NCBI GenBank assembly: GCA_965645245.1
Contig: OZ287077.1
Coordinates: 1,736,001 to 1,800,000 of the forward strand
DNA: 64,000 nucleotides
Origin: Massalongia carnosa
Lineage: Eukaryota
Direction: 5' to 3'
Shown: positions 49,490 through 62,829 of the stretch, one piece after another
Layout of the letters: the number at the start of each line of letters is the position of its first letter
Position numbering within the stretch: the stretch's first letter is position 1
Notes under the pieces: model-generated
What the model was told of the DNA's origin: nothing
The model's input: the letters and a program-made list of their open reading frames with translations, nothing else
Database searches by the model: none
Position numbers and translations under genes: made by a program

Positions 49490-51921
49490 CAAAGCTACGA
49501 AAGGAACTTTGAATCCATAAACGCAAAATCAGGTGCATGTGCAACCACCTTCAACCACGTACCTAGGTAAGTATCGAGGTAGGAAGGAGGCTCAGTATCA
49601 AAGCCTCGACCCAGAAAACCCCCATTTCAACTACCCGCTTCCCGCCTCTTCCCCCAACCCATCCAATCGCTACTCCCTTCCCTCTCCCCTCTCCTTGGCC
49701 TAAACCCCAAGATCAACCCCCCTCGAAGACGCCTCCGGCACATCTACCTTCCCCAAAGTCCCAAACCATCTAAAACTCCCAGCGCCTACCGCCCGCCTAC
49801 CGCCCCGCCTCTAAGCCTGGGATGGTCAGCGTATTGATTGGTTTAGTTAAGTGTGGTTTGTTTGGCATGTGTAGCGACTTATAGACTAGGTACCTACCTA
49901 ACTAGGCAGCTTCATTTGACATTTTAGCCGGGCGGCTACATTGGTTTGTTTGGTTTGGGGGGGCCGGGCGGGGGGAAAGGCGGACGGGGCCGACATCTAG
50001 CTAACGAAGGTAGATCGATCGATCGATAAGCGCTTTTGGACCTTTTTTTCTCTCTCGATTTTTTAGGGTATTGACTAGTTGGGTAAGTAGGTAGGTAGGT
50101 AAGTAGATAAGACGAGAGATGGGAATTGGGAAGCGAGGTGAAGATGATGATGAACGTACTTATATTGAGGAACCGGGGGGGAAGCGGAAGGGAAGGATAA
50201 CTGAAAAATAAAATTAAAAAAAGAAGAGAGGAGAAGGGATAAAGATAGGAGAGGAGAGGAGAGGAGAGAGCAAACATCAACCGACATATCTATCCAGGTA
50301 CCTTTCTATCTTTCTTTCTTACACATCCACTCTTGTCGTCGTCGTTCGTCTGTCTTGCTTTCCTCCTTTCTTCCATTTCGCCCTCCCTTCTTCCCTTCCC
50401 CCTTCTCACGATTATCAAGGAACGCAATCCAGAAAACGAACGCAGCAGCAGCAGCCGAATCAATAGATAAATAAAATACAACAAATAATACAAATCTCCT
50501 ACGCTCATACCCAACGCTTTTGCTCATATATATACATATACAATTTTCCTTCATTTCTTTCTCCTCCATTCCCACTCACCAGTTCTAGCCACAACTGCCC
50601 CATATGTTCTTATACTACTCCTACTTACCTATTTTATCTATCCATCCCATCCATATCTATACCCCACATTTATTTTTACATATCATGGGTTGTTTTCAGC
50701 TGCCTAAACCCCCCACAGCAACCGGGGAAAGGAACAACCCAATTGCGGGAGATTTTCTTCCCCCTTGAAGAAGTAACTACTGATTAGGTGGCTAGCTAGC
50801 TAACTGTTCATAATGTGTGCCGTTCTCCCAGTCTTAAGATCTATCTACCTACCACTACGGTTCCGCATTTTCTTTATTTTTGGGGGAGGGGATGGAGTGG
50901 GGGGTGAATTGAAGAAGATGGATAAAGAGGAAGAGAAAGAAGAATGGAAGAAAAGAGGTATGGTAACGACGTGTGTAGAGATTGTAGATAGATTTTGGTG
51001 GGGGGGGGGGGGTAGAAGATAAGGTAAGAGAAACGGCAAGGAATGGGTAGTAGGGGAGATTTAGTGTTGTAGAGTATACCGGGGGGAGGGGGGATGGGGG
51101 TTTTAGTGCTGAAATCATGGGTTTAGGGGTTGGTCCAATGTGCGTCGAGGTCGAGATTTGGGGTTGGAGCTTTGGGTGGGGTCCTTGCTGGTGATATGTA
51201 GGAGAGGAAGGGGGGAGGGGGGGGGGGGGCTTTCGAGAGATTCCCACCTTATGGTCGCTAATCCTACCTCTTCGTCTCTGATCGGCTCACATTCAGGTTT
51301 AGGGAATGGAGGGGTGTAGGGAGTCATCATGCAATAGACAAGGGTGGCTCAGTGCTCACGGTGGATGTGACATCATAAAGACTTGCTGTTCAAAAGCTCG
51401 ATTCTAACTTTTAAAAAAGGGCCATGGAGCCGATCCACCTGGGCTAATTCGAGCCAAACAAACAAACTACATAAAGCTCGTGTCCAGCCCCACAAACAGC
51501 TCAGCGTCGACTTCACAAGCTAAAGTTCCGCCCTTCCCATAGCCAAAGCAGCGCCGGGTAATCCAACCTCCTTGGTTGCGACCAACCCGGAGCGAGAGCG
51601 AAGCCTTGAAACCCCACTTAATGCAGTAGCAGCTAGCCAAGCGGTCGAGGTAGAGAAACGGTTAGTCGAGAACTCGGAAACCTAGATCAAGCGTAGTCTG
51701 AAAAAGGAGACCTCGGGTGCGAGACTGACAGAAAAGAGCAAGGTTGTGTCAGTCCTTAAGCCATCATATTTCGTCCCCCAAAACTCCTCCTAGTGAAATA
51801 CTGCACGTATCAACCCTCGGCGGCCGTGCACACTTACGAAGAGCAAGCAGGAGCAAATTTGATACCGAAACTGATCCTTACAGCAATTTCCCTTACCGTC
51901 AGAAGCCAGCATCACAGCTAT

Positions 51922-54900
51922 TCATTCATCTTCAACTTCTGTCATCTTTAAGACATCGCCGATCAAAGTGTCAAACTGTTCCCATTCTGCACGCCCCATC
52001 TCTTCCATGGTAATTATCTTCATGTCCACGGGAGTGATGACGGCGAGGGTACCAAACGGGTTATTGATTCCAGGGTTGGACTCGGAAGCTGTGTTAACTG
52101 TGGTTGGATGAGAGTTAAGAAGATGAGCGTAGTACTGTGACAAGGCAAATCGGACATTAGCTACTGCACGTAAGATAGAGAGGTGAAAGCAGCAGATTTG
52201 GAACGTTAGGTTAGTGGCTGTGGAAGTCGTGACAGGATTACAAGCGAAGCATTTGGGTGTAGTGCTTCCTTTTTGGAGAGTGGCTTTAGGAGGTGGCCGT
52301 GGGGGTTCGATAAAACAAGCAAGCAGAAGATGCCTGTACATAGTGGTAATAAAAAAAATAGCTCGTACCTCAACAACATCCTCGTCACTATCTTGTTTCC
52401 TGCCTAGAACTTCCCATGGCCACCACTTCAGTAGCGGGCTGAGCTTCACATCTCGACCTGCGAACTCCGCTGCTTGAACCAATTGCCATCGCTGGCGCTC
52501 GCTGAACCCTGGCGCATTCAAACCGGCAACCAACAACTCGTTTAGCAAGCTAGGGTTAACATGAAGTGCCCCACCACGCCTCACACAATTAATGAGGGTT
52601 TTAATTAGATCGCGAGTAGCAAGGAGAATTTGGTTACGCGTGTGAACGGTATAGTTCTCCACCGAATGCCATGGGAACTAGCAATCAAAGGTATTAAATC
52701 GGAACAAACCGGGTCCATAGGGGAAAATTCACCTTGTAAAGAGTGCTGATCATGCATTCGTATGCGCGTTGAGGGCACTTCTGGGTGTAGCTTGACTGGT
52801 GATAATAATCAGACAAAATTAACTTAAGATTAATTGGGAATGTAGATTGGCTGAGAGGCGGGAATGGGAGGATTAACGTAGAAAAATCTTTTGACATTTC
52901 GGTATGACGAGTAATGAATAAAAATAGTTGCGCATGCCTTCAAAGGCTTTAGATCATCAAGCAGCATAATGATGCTGTGGATAGCTATTTGATAGAAGGA
53001 CGAAAGGAGGGAAACATTTTTGCAATGCAAAGCTTTTGAGCCTAAACTAGAACATGGCGGAAGAAGAGCGGATGACTGAAATGTAAACTCTGTAAAGAAG
53101 GGGTAGATATAAGTTTGTGACCACTTACACGGTGTGGCTGCTCAGCGTGTCTGACCAACATGACTAGCTCTTCACTAGTGACAAAGGTCTTGAAGCCCGA
53201 GTTGAATAGCTCGGTGCTCTCCTCGATCGTGGGCTTGCCATCCTTCCATACCACGTTTTTTGCACGTGGGAATAGTTCCTTGAGTAATATATCTTGCGAG
53301 CTTACCTCCACGTTAACGACCCTATCAAAGGGAGGGTTACCTAGTTTGAGTTGGTTGCCACGGAACAAGAGCTTGTTCGCGGCCGCTTGTGCATCCCCAG
53401 CGGAGAAAAACTCCACGTAGCAGTCCATCGTCTTGCCCGTGGACCGATCCATGATAATATGAATCGGCGATCCAAGGTCGGGTGAGACGATCTTGGCGTT
53501 GCGGCCAAGGAAATTTGCTACCTCCCCGCGTGTAAGGGAGTACGGAATCTAGTAGATCAGCTTGTTAGCAGGTTGGCTCATGTTTAACAGCAGCAAATGC
53601 CCCGTTTCAATCCGAAATAAAACTCGTATCCTTTTGTGGTGACAGTCTGGTGAGTTGTGAACATACATAGAAAAGATAGGTTGAACTGCGAGCAGTAGTA
53701 AAATCTTGGGAGACAAAACAGAAGGAGGTAAAGAGCGAAGCTTGTGATCTTTTAAAGGTGGTAGCAAACCAAGGGTAGAGCCCTCTCCTTCGCCAATTTG
53801 CCTTGGTTTAGTACCCTAATGAAACCCACCAACAGCATAGCCCTAGAGATCAACGCCCTGCAGCAAAAACTCGAGAGATGCTGTAGTAGCAGAAAAGCAA
53901 CCTATGGAAGGCAAGGTGTAAGGTGAAGCAATATTCTAACTTACGTTACCAATCTTTAATACACCCCACGGAGCTGGTTTGCTCTCTTTCGCTGTCTCTC
54001 CAAAGGGGCAATTTGCCGGGTTGGTTGCGAATAGATAGGATGGTTTCCCATTACGGGTAAGATTTTGGTACTTAATACTGGCTCCTACCAGAGGCTTGAA
54101 ACTCATGGAGTCTGACCCTGGATGATAGGGTAACTTAGGCACGACTGGAATAAGGGCAGCTTGGCTTCCAAGAGGATAATCTCGCTCTACTTCCTGTATA
54201 ATAGGAATAGACGTAGAAGGCGTAATCGAAGCCGAAGCTAAAAGCCTCTGCGGCAGCATGGCTTGGAGAAGCCCAGTGTTAGCATATTGCGCTTGCGTTG
54301 CAAGACGATGCCCACCGGCTAGGTGCTGTGTAGTAGGAACAAACGCGGAAGGCGCAGTCGGAACGGTATGAGTTCTTGCAAGTAGTGTTTGAAGAAGCCC
54401 AGTGCTAGGATATGGCAACGGCTGAATTGGCTGAGCTGATCCAAAACCAGCAGAAACTGTTGACGGCCGTGGTAACTGAGTAGGATTAGATGAAAGCTGT
54501 CGGCTCGATGGCTGGGGCAGCTGAGCTGGCGAAAATGGAACTGATGATCCTGATGATGATGTAAAAGTCTGAGCTGATACTTCTGGGGCCGGGATGGTCC
54601 ACAAGGTAGTAACACCTGCTGTCGAAGAAGCTGCTTCTCTTAGTACCTGTTGGAGCTGATCTTCTGGACGAGGAACTTGGTCCTGGTCGCGCCGGTCTGA
54701 TCTAGCTAAGGCAAAATCTTTCATTAACTGTTGGAGCTTGTCTTTTCGAGATTCATCGGACAGTAGCTCATCGTATCTTGCGCGTGGCTTGTGATCTTGA
54801 TCCGATTGATCTAGTACTAAGTTATCTAGCTGTTGTTGGAGCGCATCTAAGCGCGCAACTGAGTCTTCTGTATCCTGGAGAAGCCGCGCTGATGAAGTTT

Positions 54901-57588
54901 TAGCTAAGTATCCTGATGACTGAATCAATGGAACTGATGAAGATGAAGCCGAGTGACTCAGTGGCTGGAAAGACTGAGTTGCTACAGATAGTGTTGGGGA
55001 GTCCGATGGCTGAGCCAAATGAGATGAGGTTAAATATTTTGATGACTGAAAAGGCTCAGCTGTAACAGAAAAAGAGGATTGCTTTGAAGACTGGACTTCT
55101 TTGGACGGGCTTGAGTACATGGAGGGTTCAAAGGATTGAGATGATGTCGATAAACTTGCCCCTCCAGACAGAGCCAAGTAACTTGGTGGCTCGAAAGGTG
55201 GAGCTGTTACAGATAAATAAGACTTCTTCGGTGCTTCCAATGTCCCGGAAAAACCTGGCAGGTTTAATGCCTGATCGGACTCACACTGAGCTGGCAACGT
55301 CCATGACTGAATATGTGCCTGAGATGGTCCTGGGTGAGCCATTGCAAATGTTTTATCTAGGTGTCCCACCGCAGGCTCATCATTTTCTAATCTCCCTGCA
55401 CGCATAATTCTAGGAGCTAACCGCTGTGGTGCAGCTGGGCGTATGCCTTGAAGCGGGCCTAGCCTAGCTGGAGCCGATAGAGGTTGGTTGTAAGGGCTGT
55501 ACAGCGTGTGTTGACCATGAAATGGGTATGGAGGAGCTAGTTGAGGGTAGTATGGAGCACCATAGTATGGTTGTAGATTTTGCTGATAATGATTAGAATG
55601 ACCTTGTGGAGTACACCAATGAGGTAGCCGTTGCTGATGTGGAGGATATTGAGAACAGGAATCAACCTGGTAGTAAGGGTGATAGATGGCGGGTGATTGT
55701 TGTTGATATGGAATCACGCCATGACCTGGATGCGCCATTGAAACTGGTGCACCCGGGGGCATTTGCCGATTGATTGAAGGTTGCCTGGGCATATTCGCTG
55801 CCATTCGATGGCTTTGTTGTGCTGCAAGAGTATTTCTTAGCTTCTCGGACGCTCGGAGGGCCAAGTCATGATGGATGGTGTTAGTGTCGGTCAAAAGCGA
55901 AGATTGAGGTGGTGTGTTAGAATTTGAGGATATGCCTAGCGACGTGGATTCGCGTTTTATTTCCCCGGCTGACGATGTCATGTCTTCGGCCATATTGTCG
56001 ATGACGGCAAAGAGAAAACTACGCAGCTCACCACGAGTGACGGTGTTGTGTCCATATACGACAACGCGTGACGCATCACTCTGGCTTAAGTCGCGAGTGC
56101 CCTCGGGTCCGAATATACGCCCAAGAAGATACTTTCTCGTTGCATCTTCGCTGTACGGGAGTCCACATGGCAGTAGGAAGAAGGCATTCACATGGTCACG
56201 AAACACCTTTGCAAGCTCTCTAAGCTCAGGAAGCGGCGTTTGGATGCTGACCCATGGTTAGTATGCTAATATTAGTAGGTTCCAGAAATTTTGCTTACCG
56301 TTTCAGTACAGGAGTTGAAGGCTTAAACTTCTTTGGGACAGGCGGACCCATACCAATTTGTGCTGCGTATCTTGCTATACGCTCATAGTACTCTTTTTCT
56401 AAGGCTCGTGCACGTTGTGCCTGTGTTCGCCGGTAAAGGATGGTACCTGCATAACGGTCTTTCGCCAGAATAGACCGATTCGGGGACACTTGAGCTCGAT
56501 TAGGGTCTCGCAATAAGCTTGGCTGCGCTGGTATAACGTCTGGAGAAATTGTTATTATAGATTGACGGCGGTGGTCGATATTCCACATCTCCTCGGACCT
56601 CAGTAGCCAACGATCATCGAATAAACTATTATTCCATCCCCTCAACCCATGTTGAGCACTTAGGTCCGGAAAGGTAGTTCTCCCCCCACCTGACTGTTGT
56701 TGAGAACTCGATTGAGGAGCTGCACCTAGTTGTGGAGATGATTGCTGTTGAACTGCAGCAGTCTGTTGAGGAGAAAAACTCCCCCGAGAAGCACTCGGAT
56801 CTGTAGCAAGTTGCTGTTGGCTAGCAACATTGTATGAAGGAGCAAACCTAGCTTGAGACCCACTTAGGTGAGGAGCAAGTTGTTGCTGGCCAGCAGAAGT
56901 TTGGTGAAGAGCACTGTTATGGTAAGGAGTAGTACTCTGATAATCTGTACCGCCTTGAGACACAAAGTTTTGCTGAAGAATAGTACCCTGGTGAGGAGTG
57001 CTGGTTTGATGAGTGCCCAACTGCTGATGGAAAGCATCCGCAACAGTTGTTCCTTGTGGAAACACCCAATCCATAAGAGAACCTACGGCGGATGGCGTCG
57101 CATCCGGGGGACGCCCGGCATTAGGAACAGCCATTGGGGGATGGAAAGAAGCTGCGTTACTGGTGGAAAGTTTCCCATAAGCAGTCAAGCTTCCCAGCTG
57201 TCCAGGAATTAGTGTGACGCCGCCATATTCATGTGGTTGAAGAGGTTTTGTCTAAAGGTTCAACCATGTTAGAGGCGGTGCTGCCATTGCAGGACCGGAA
57301 ACTTACCCAACCACGACTCGACCGAAATGCCAGCGAAGGACGTGATCCAGGAGATGGAGCTCTAGGCGTGTTTGGGCTCTCCGGAGGCATAAATGTTGGA
57401 GGTGGAGAGTAATAGGGGGAATCGAGTGACTCGTCTTCATTGGGACGCTCTACCTGATGGGAATTCGGCATAAAAGGCGTTGCGGTACTTGAAGAGTTAC
57501 CTTGGTCAAAGTCTTGTTGCCAGCCAAACCTTGACCATGGTATGGATGACAAATTAGTCGGCCAGCGACGTGGATCCGATGGATCCAT
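51922..57588 (-). CDS. Large RRM protein (hnRNP H/ESRP-like RRM) with a long low-complexity N-terminus; possible SAD-7 homolog
   Basis: Predicted exons 57588-57307, 57197-56299, 56246-53945, 53548-53129, 52795-52733, 52677-52369, 52134-51922, all joining in frame. RRM reads WGVLKIGN|IPYSLTRGEVANFLGRNA...IHIIMDRSTGKTMDCYVEFFS, followed by LLKELFPRAKNVVW, CPQRAYECMISTLYK|FPW and AGLNAPGFSERQR. Confidence 0.82.
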
Positions 57589-59941
57589 GCCTGGCTTTAG
57601 TATGCCTACAAAACGTTGTGAGACTCAGTGAGATCAAGGACGTGAACGGACCCAGTTGCTGGACCGCTGAAAGACTGAAGGATTAGAAGAAAATCCACGA
57701 ATGACTTTATCTAAGGCCGATGCTACTATCATAGACTCATAGGTCTCCTTAAGATGGAAAAGGAGAAAACGCTCACCTGAGACTCACAGTTGCAGTACTG
57801 ACTGAAGGGCTATGTTTCTAACTTAAGACTGGCAAACGTCATAGGATCGTTGAGAGTGATCGCGCTAGCAACTAGAAGGAAGACAACGAGGTGCTAAGAG
57901 TGAAGATATCGTGAGTATATCACGAAACGGCGGGATGGTTGAGCTTCAATACAGATCACTGACGCGTGAAACAGGATGATAATTTGAATTGATCAGGGAC
58001 AGAATGAACACTGACCGTGTTAGAAGCAGATGGAAATGGCCACTGGAACCGAACCTTTATGGATGGAAGTACTTATAGCCGGAAGTAACGCTAACGGAAA
58101 TTGAAGCCCTATCTGTGCATAATCGATAAGTTGAGGACTGTGAACATTTGATCCACGAAGGGACTAGACACTTGATGCTACACCTACGAAGCATATATCT
58201 CCTTGGACAAGGGTAGCAGTTCCTCCAAGAGGCATTGCTTCAGGCTGGCCGCATACTTCAAGGCTGTTGAAAAGGGGTAGCACCCGCGTACCCGTTCACA
58301 CAGCCTCCTTTTCCGTCAACTAGAGATCCAGAACTGGGATGGCAGAGTTGCACTCCTCGAAAGCACAACTAGGATGATTAGGATTAGGGGTCGATGCAAG
58401 CTAGGAGCTCCTTTAAAGCCAGTCCTTAGAGTTGGATTGGAAAACACATCAAGACCTCCGCTAAAACGCAGAATCTGGTTCATCTCCCCTAACGAATCTT
58501 GCTCAGCCATAGCTCATATCAAGAAAGAACCAGGTTATAGCTTCAGGGCAGCCGTAACTAAGCAATTTATCCAAATTCTCTGCAGGACAAGTAATCAAAT
58601 AGATGAAGACTGACAAACTGAGATTAGATGATCTAGGTATCTAGGTCTTCCTTTCGACAGATACAGGCAGCTTTTCTTTCCTTCTTTCTCAGCTCAAGCT
58701 AGTTTGAGCACTTTGCATACTTTTCAGCATTTTTAGCAACGCCCCCTTAAATCCTTTGAATAAAGTAGGGAGACCTCTGGATTTGGGTTAAGAATTGGAC
58801 ATAAAATATCTGCAAGCAACTTTGACCAGAGGCCTAAAGAGAGGCCTTTCCGCTCACTTCTGACGATTCCATAAGACCCATTCCATAAGGTTCAACAGAG
58901 GCTGTTCACAGCCCCCGATCTGATATTAGATTTTGCATCAGTCTGACAGGAATTAACGAGGTGGGGGATACAAGAGAATGACAGTGATAAGTATGCATAG
59001 GCTAAGCATTACGGCTTAAAGACTCGAAGAGAGTTTGGAACGACTACAATGAAAGCCTTATCCCTGAGCACGACTTACCCTCTTGAATTGACCACAAACC
59101 CGATTTCACAGCAGACTCTTATATAATTTAACGAGTGTAGATTCTTCCCCAGAGTCAATCATCTTATGGTTTGAGTCGGGAATAGTTTCGGAACGGCTGA
59201 TATCATGATAGAACTAATGCTAAGGATAAGAGCTTTCGTTAACATTCCGACAAGAAAAGCTCTCAGGAGGGCTGATGAGCGAGAGATTCCTGCCATAAGC
59301 GGACAGTGTCTTAGGGTCTTGATGATACTGCCATAACGAGTGGTTGAAAAGTATTTTGTGGTGGACTTTCTTCGTTCCTCACTGCTCTAGAATTCGGCTT
59401 CGCTTCGAGCTTCACGCGGTAATTTATTTCACAATCAGCATCACGAGTCTTGAAAGGGTGAATTTGATCTTATGTCATCAAAGGCTTGGCTGTGAGCTCC
59501 TGTCAAGTTAGCATAAGCTCCTATAGACTGATTATCTTCTTATGCTCTCTAGAGGCTCTTGATTAATTGGGATATGGGAGTGGGGAATAATAGTGAGATC
59601 TCTTTAGGAAGGTAGCTTAAGAATCAGGAACCAGAAAATTGGAACTGGGTTTTTCTTATTTTAATCATTGCAGAAGTAAATCATGCTTCTCTTACATTCT
59701 ATATCGTGTTATGGTATCATGAGACCTTTGTCAGCGTTGACGTCTTATAATATTTCCTATTCAATAGACGTGCGTTGTCGAGACCCATATAAGCCTACAG
59801 GAACTGTTCTCTAATCTTTTATGCATAGGGAACATGAATCCCTAGATACAACCTGGCAACGCAAGGACGATTGGAGTATTGGGGTATTGGGGTATTAAAT
59901 ATGATACTGATTATATCTAAACCGATACAAACTAAATAAAA

Positions 59942-60703
59942 CTAGTCGAACTAAATTTAAAGAGTTAGTTGGATTTGGAAAGGAAAAAGTAAGGGGTAGC
60001 CTACCGGAGTTAGGAATGATTCTGCCACAAATCTTGCTCTTGCATTGAGCTTTATGTGGGTCAGCTATTAACTCTAGCTTTTGTGAACCTATAGCGTAGG
60101 ACGCATTCAGGAGCCACTCAGGGGTGGATGCACATACAAAAAGCTTCATCTCGGATATCTCCTTGTCGACTTCCTCCATGAACTGTATGATGAAATCCAC
60201 AAGTTTATGCTTCAGCATCTCTTCGGTATGGAAGTTGGTGATCAGGAATGAAATATCATAACCCTAACAACCAACATTAGTTACTGATCATATATGGGAT
60301 GTCATAGGGGCTTAATCGTCAACCTTGATAGCTTTCCGCCGTAAAATGAAAAATGCCTCTGCCCTCTGTGTCAAGAATCGGGTGAATTTATGCACCAGTA
60401 TGTTTTCAATCTCGTCGGCCTGCTTTATTTTGATGCTCACACGAATGCTGTTGATACTAGGTTCGATTAGGACCTTTTCGTTCTCGTTGCGGGACACGGT
60501 TAAAGGGTTGAGAAGGACCTCCGGGGAGCTAGCGGCTTCAATTTCCGGAACATTGTGCCTTTCTGAGGTTTGAGATGCGAAATTGGAAAGGGCGAGAGCA
60601 GCGGTAAGAGAGGAACGGACGCATTGAAGATATGGGCGTAGGGATTGTGACTGAGCGAACGATTAGTCTAATCAAGGAAGATGGATGGGTATATACCTAC
60701 CAT
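59942..60703 (-). CDS. ARC19: Arp2/3 complex subunit 4 (ARPC4/p20)
   Basis: Predicted exons 60703-60701 (ATG only), 60650-60324, 60263-60138, 60048-60005, 59950-59942. [20 protein letters not shown]...ERHNVPEIE...[12 protein letters not shown]...[17 protein letters not shown]. Confidence 0.95.
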
Positions 60704-60950
60704 TTTCGGTCTTAGTAGAAACGATATAGGAGGGAATTAACCTGTGGTTAGAAGTCTAAGATTAAAGGGAATGTTCAAAGAACTTACCACATATTGCTAG
60801 AAGCGTTTCATGGATTAAACACTGAGAACGGAAAATGCCACTACTTACCGGAAAATCTTCGGCCCTTTGCTTGCACCTTCAATGTCAAATACCAGTTACG
60901 TAAGATATTCTTCATTGTCCTTTAGTAGATATATTAGGATCAGGAGCATT

Positions 60951-62829
60951 ATGTCTGGTATTCAAGGTAAAGCCTTTAATTCCCATTATACACCTTCCGA
61001 GATGCTTACTAATGTATCAGTTTTTGTAAAGCATCAAGGCAAACGGTATGAGGTGGAGCTTGACCCAACATCCACAGGGGAGACATTCAAATATCAACTT
61101 TACTCGCTCACAGGAGTGGAGCCAGAGCGCCAAAAGATCCTAGTAAAGGGCGGGCAGCTTAAAGATGAGACAGATCTCTCCACGCTGGGCGCAAAGCCAG
61201 GGCAAACATTTATGATGATGGGCACTGCGTCAGGTGGTGCTGGCGGCGACGGGCTTGAAAGACCGAAGGAAAAAATAAAATTTAGGGAAGATATGACAGA
61301 AGCAGAGGCAGCAAAAGCCGAAGGAGCCATTCCAGCCGGCCTGCAAAACTTGGGGAATACGTGCTATCTCAACTCCACCTTGCAGACGTTAAGATATGTA
61401 CCGGAGCTACAACAAGAGCTTTTGAAATATTCAGCAGCCGCTCCTGGGAGAAGCTCGAGCTTAAATATAGGCTTTGGGTCAGCTGTTGATCTCACGGCGT
61501 CTCTCAGAGATTTATACAAGCAAATGGCAGAAACTCAAGACGGCTTCCCACCCTTGACCTTTCTTTATGCATTACGTTCAGTTTTCCCCCAATTCGCGCA
61601 AAAATCAAAAACCGGGCAAGGTTATGCGCAACAAGATGCCGAGGAGGCGTGGACACAGATCATCTCTCAGCTACGGCAGAAATTAAAGCTCAAAGAGGTA
61701 GATGTGGAAGATGGTGAAGCTTCCAATCAGAGAGAATCAGAAGTGTCATTCATAGATAAATACCTTGCCGGCCGTTTTGAATCCAGTCTCGAATGCGATG
61801 AGCCAGCAGCCAAGGAGGCAGGCGAAAAGCCAGCTTTAAGTGAAGAAGTCTTCCTAAAGTTAGACTGCCACATCAACAAGGATATTAACCACCTCCGCGA
61901 CGGCATCCTCGCCGGCTTGGAAGAAAAGCTCGAAAAAAATTCACCCACCTTGGGCCGCGACGCTATCTACACGAAGAAATCCCGCATTGCCCGCCTCCCT
62001 AAATACCTCACTGTGCATTTCGTGCGCTTCTTCTGGAAGCGGGAGGCGAAAAAGAAAGCAAAGATCATGCGCAAGGTTACTTTCCCAGCCGAGATCGATG
62101 TAGTGGAGTTCTGTACCGATTCGCTAAGAAAACAGCTGGTGCCCGTGCGCGACAAGGTGCGCGAGGTGCGCAAGGAGGAGGAAGACGTGGTGCGCGCACG
62201 CAAACGGCAGAAGCTGGCGCACAAGCAGGAGCAGGATCGTGCAAGCGACCTGAAAGCGCAGGCACCTGCCGACGAAAAAAAACAGGTTGCAGGAGGGAAA
62301 CCTGAAGACGCTGAGATGAGCGACTCAGTGTACAAGACGGACGCGGAATACGACGCTGAGCGCGCAGCATCCATCATCGCTGCGAAGAAGGAACTCTTCG
62401 CGCTCATCAGCCCCGAACTAGCCGCCGACGAAGGCGCCAACAAATCTGGGCTGTATGAGCTGCGGGGGCTGGTGACTCACCGGGGCGTGAGCGCCGACAG
62501 CGGGCACTACACGTCGTATGTCAAGAAGCAGGGCGTTCTGGACGCAGCGACGGGGAAGCGCAAGGAGGAGGATGGGAAGTGGTGGTGGTTCGACGATGAC
62601 AAGGTGTCCGAGGTCGAGGCGGAGAAGATCGAGACGCTTTCCGGAGGTGGTATGGTTTTGAATTTCGATTTCCCCCTCCTCTCCCTCGTTTCTGGTGGTT
62701 TTGCATATGTTCGAAAGCAACGCCCCAGGCAGCTAATATTTGTCTTCTCCTCTAGGCGAGAGCCACTCCGCGCTCATTCTCCTCTACCGCGCCATCGACC
62801 TACCCACCGCGGAAGAAGTGGCTGAATAA
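60951..62829 (+). CDS. UBP6: Proteasome-associated deubiquitinase Ubp6/USP14
   Basis: Predicted exons 60951-60966, 61021-62649, 62756-62829. N-terminal UBL (LYSLTGVEPERQKILVKGG), Cys box GLQNLGNTCYLNS, QQDAEE, His box HRGVSADSGHY, WWWFDDDKV, and GGGESHSALILLY after splicing. Confidence 0.96.

Noticed and set aside
57600..59900. 2.3-kb gap between the RRM gene and ARC19 as a hidden gene or transposon relic
   Set aside because: No ORF above ~80 aa, and no recognisable motif or terminal repeat seen.
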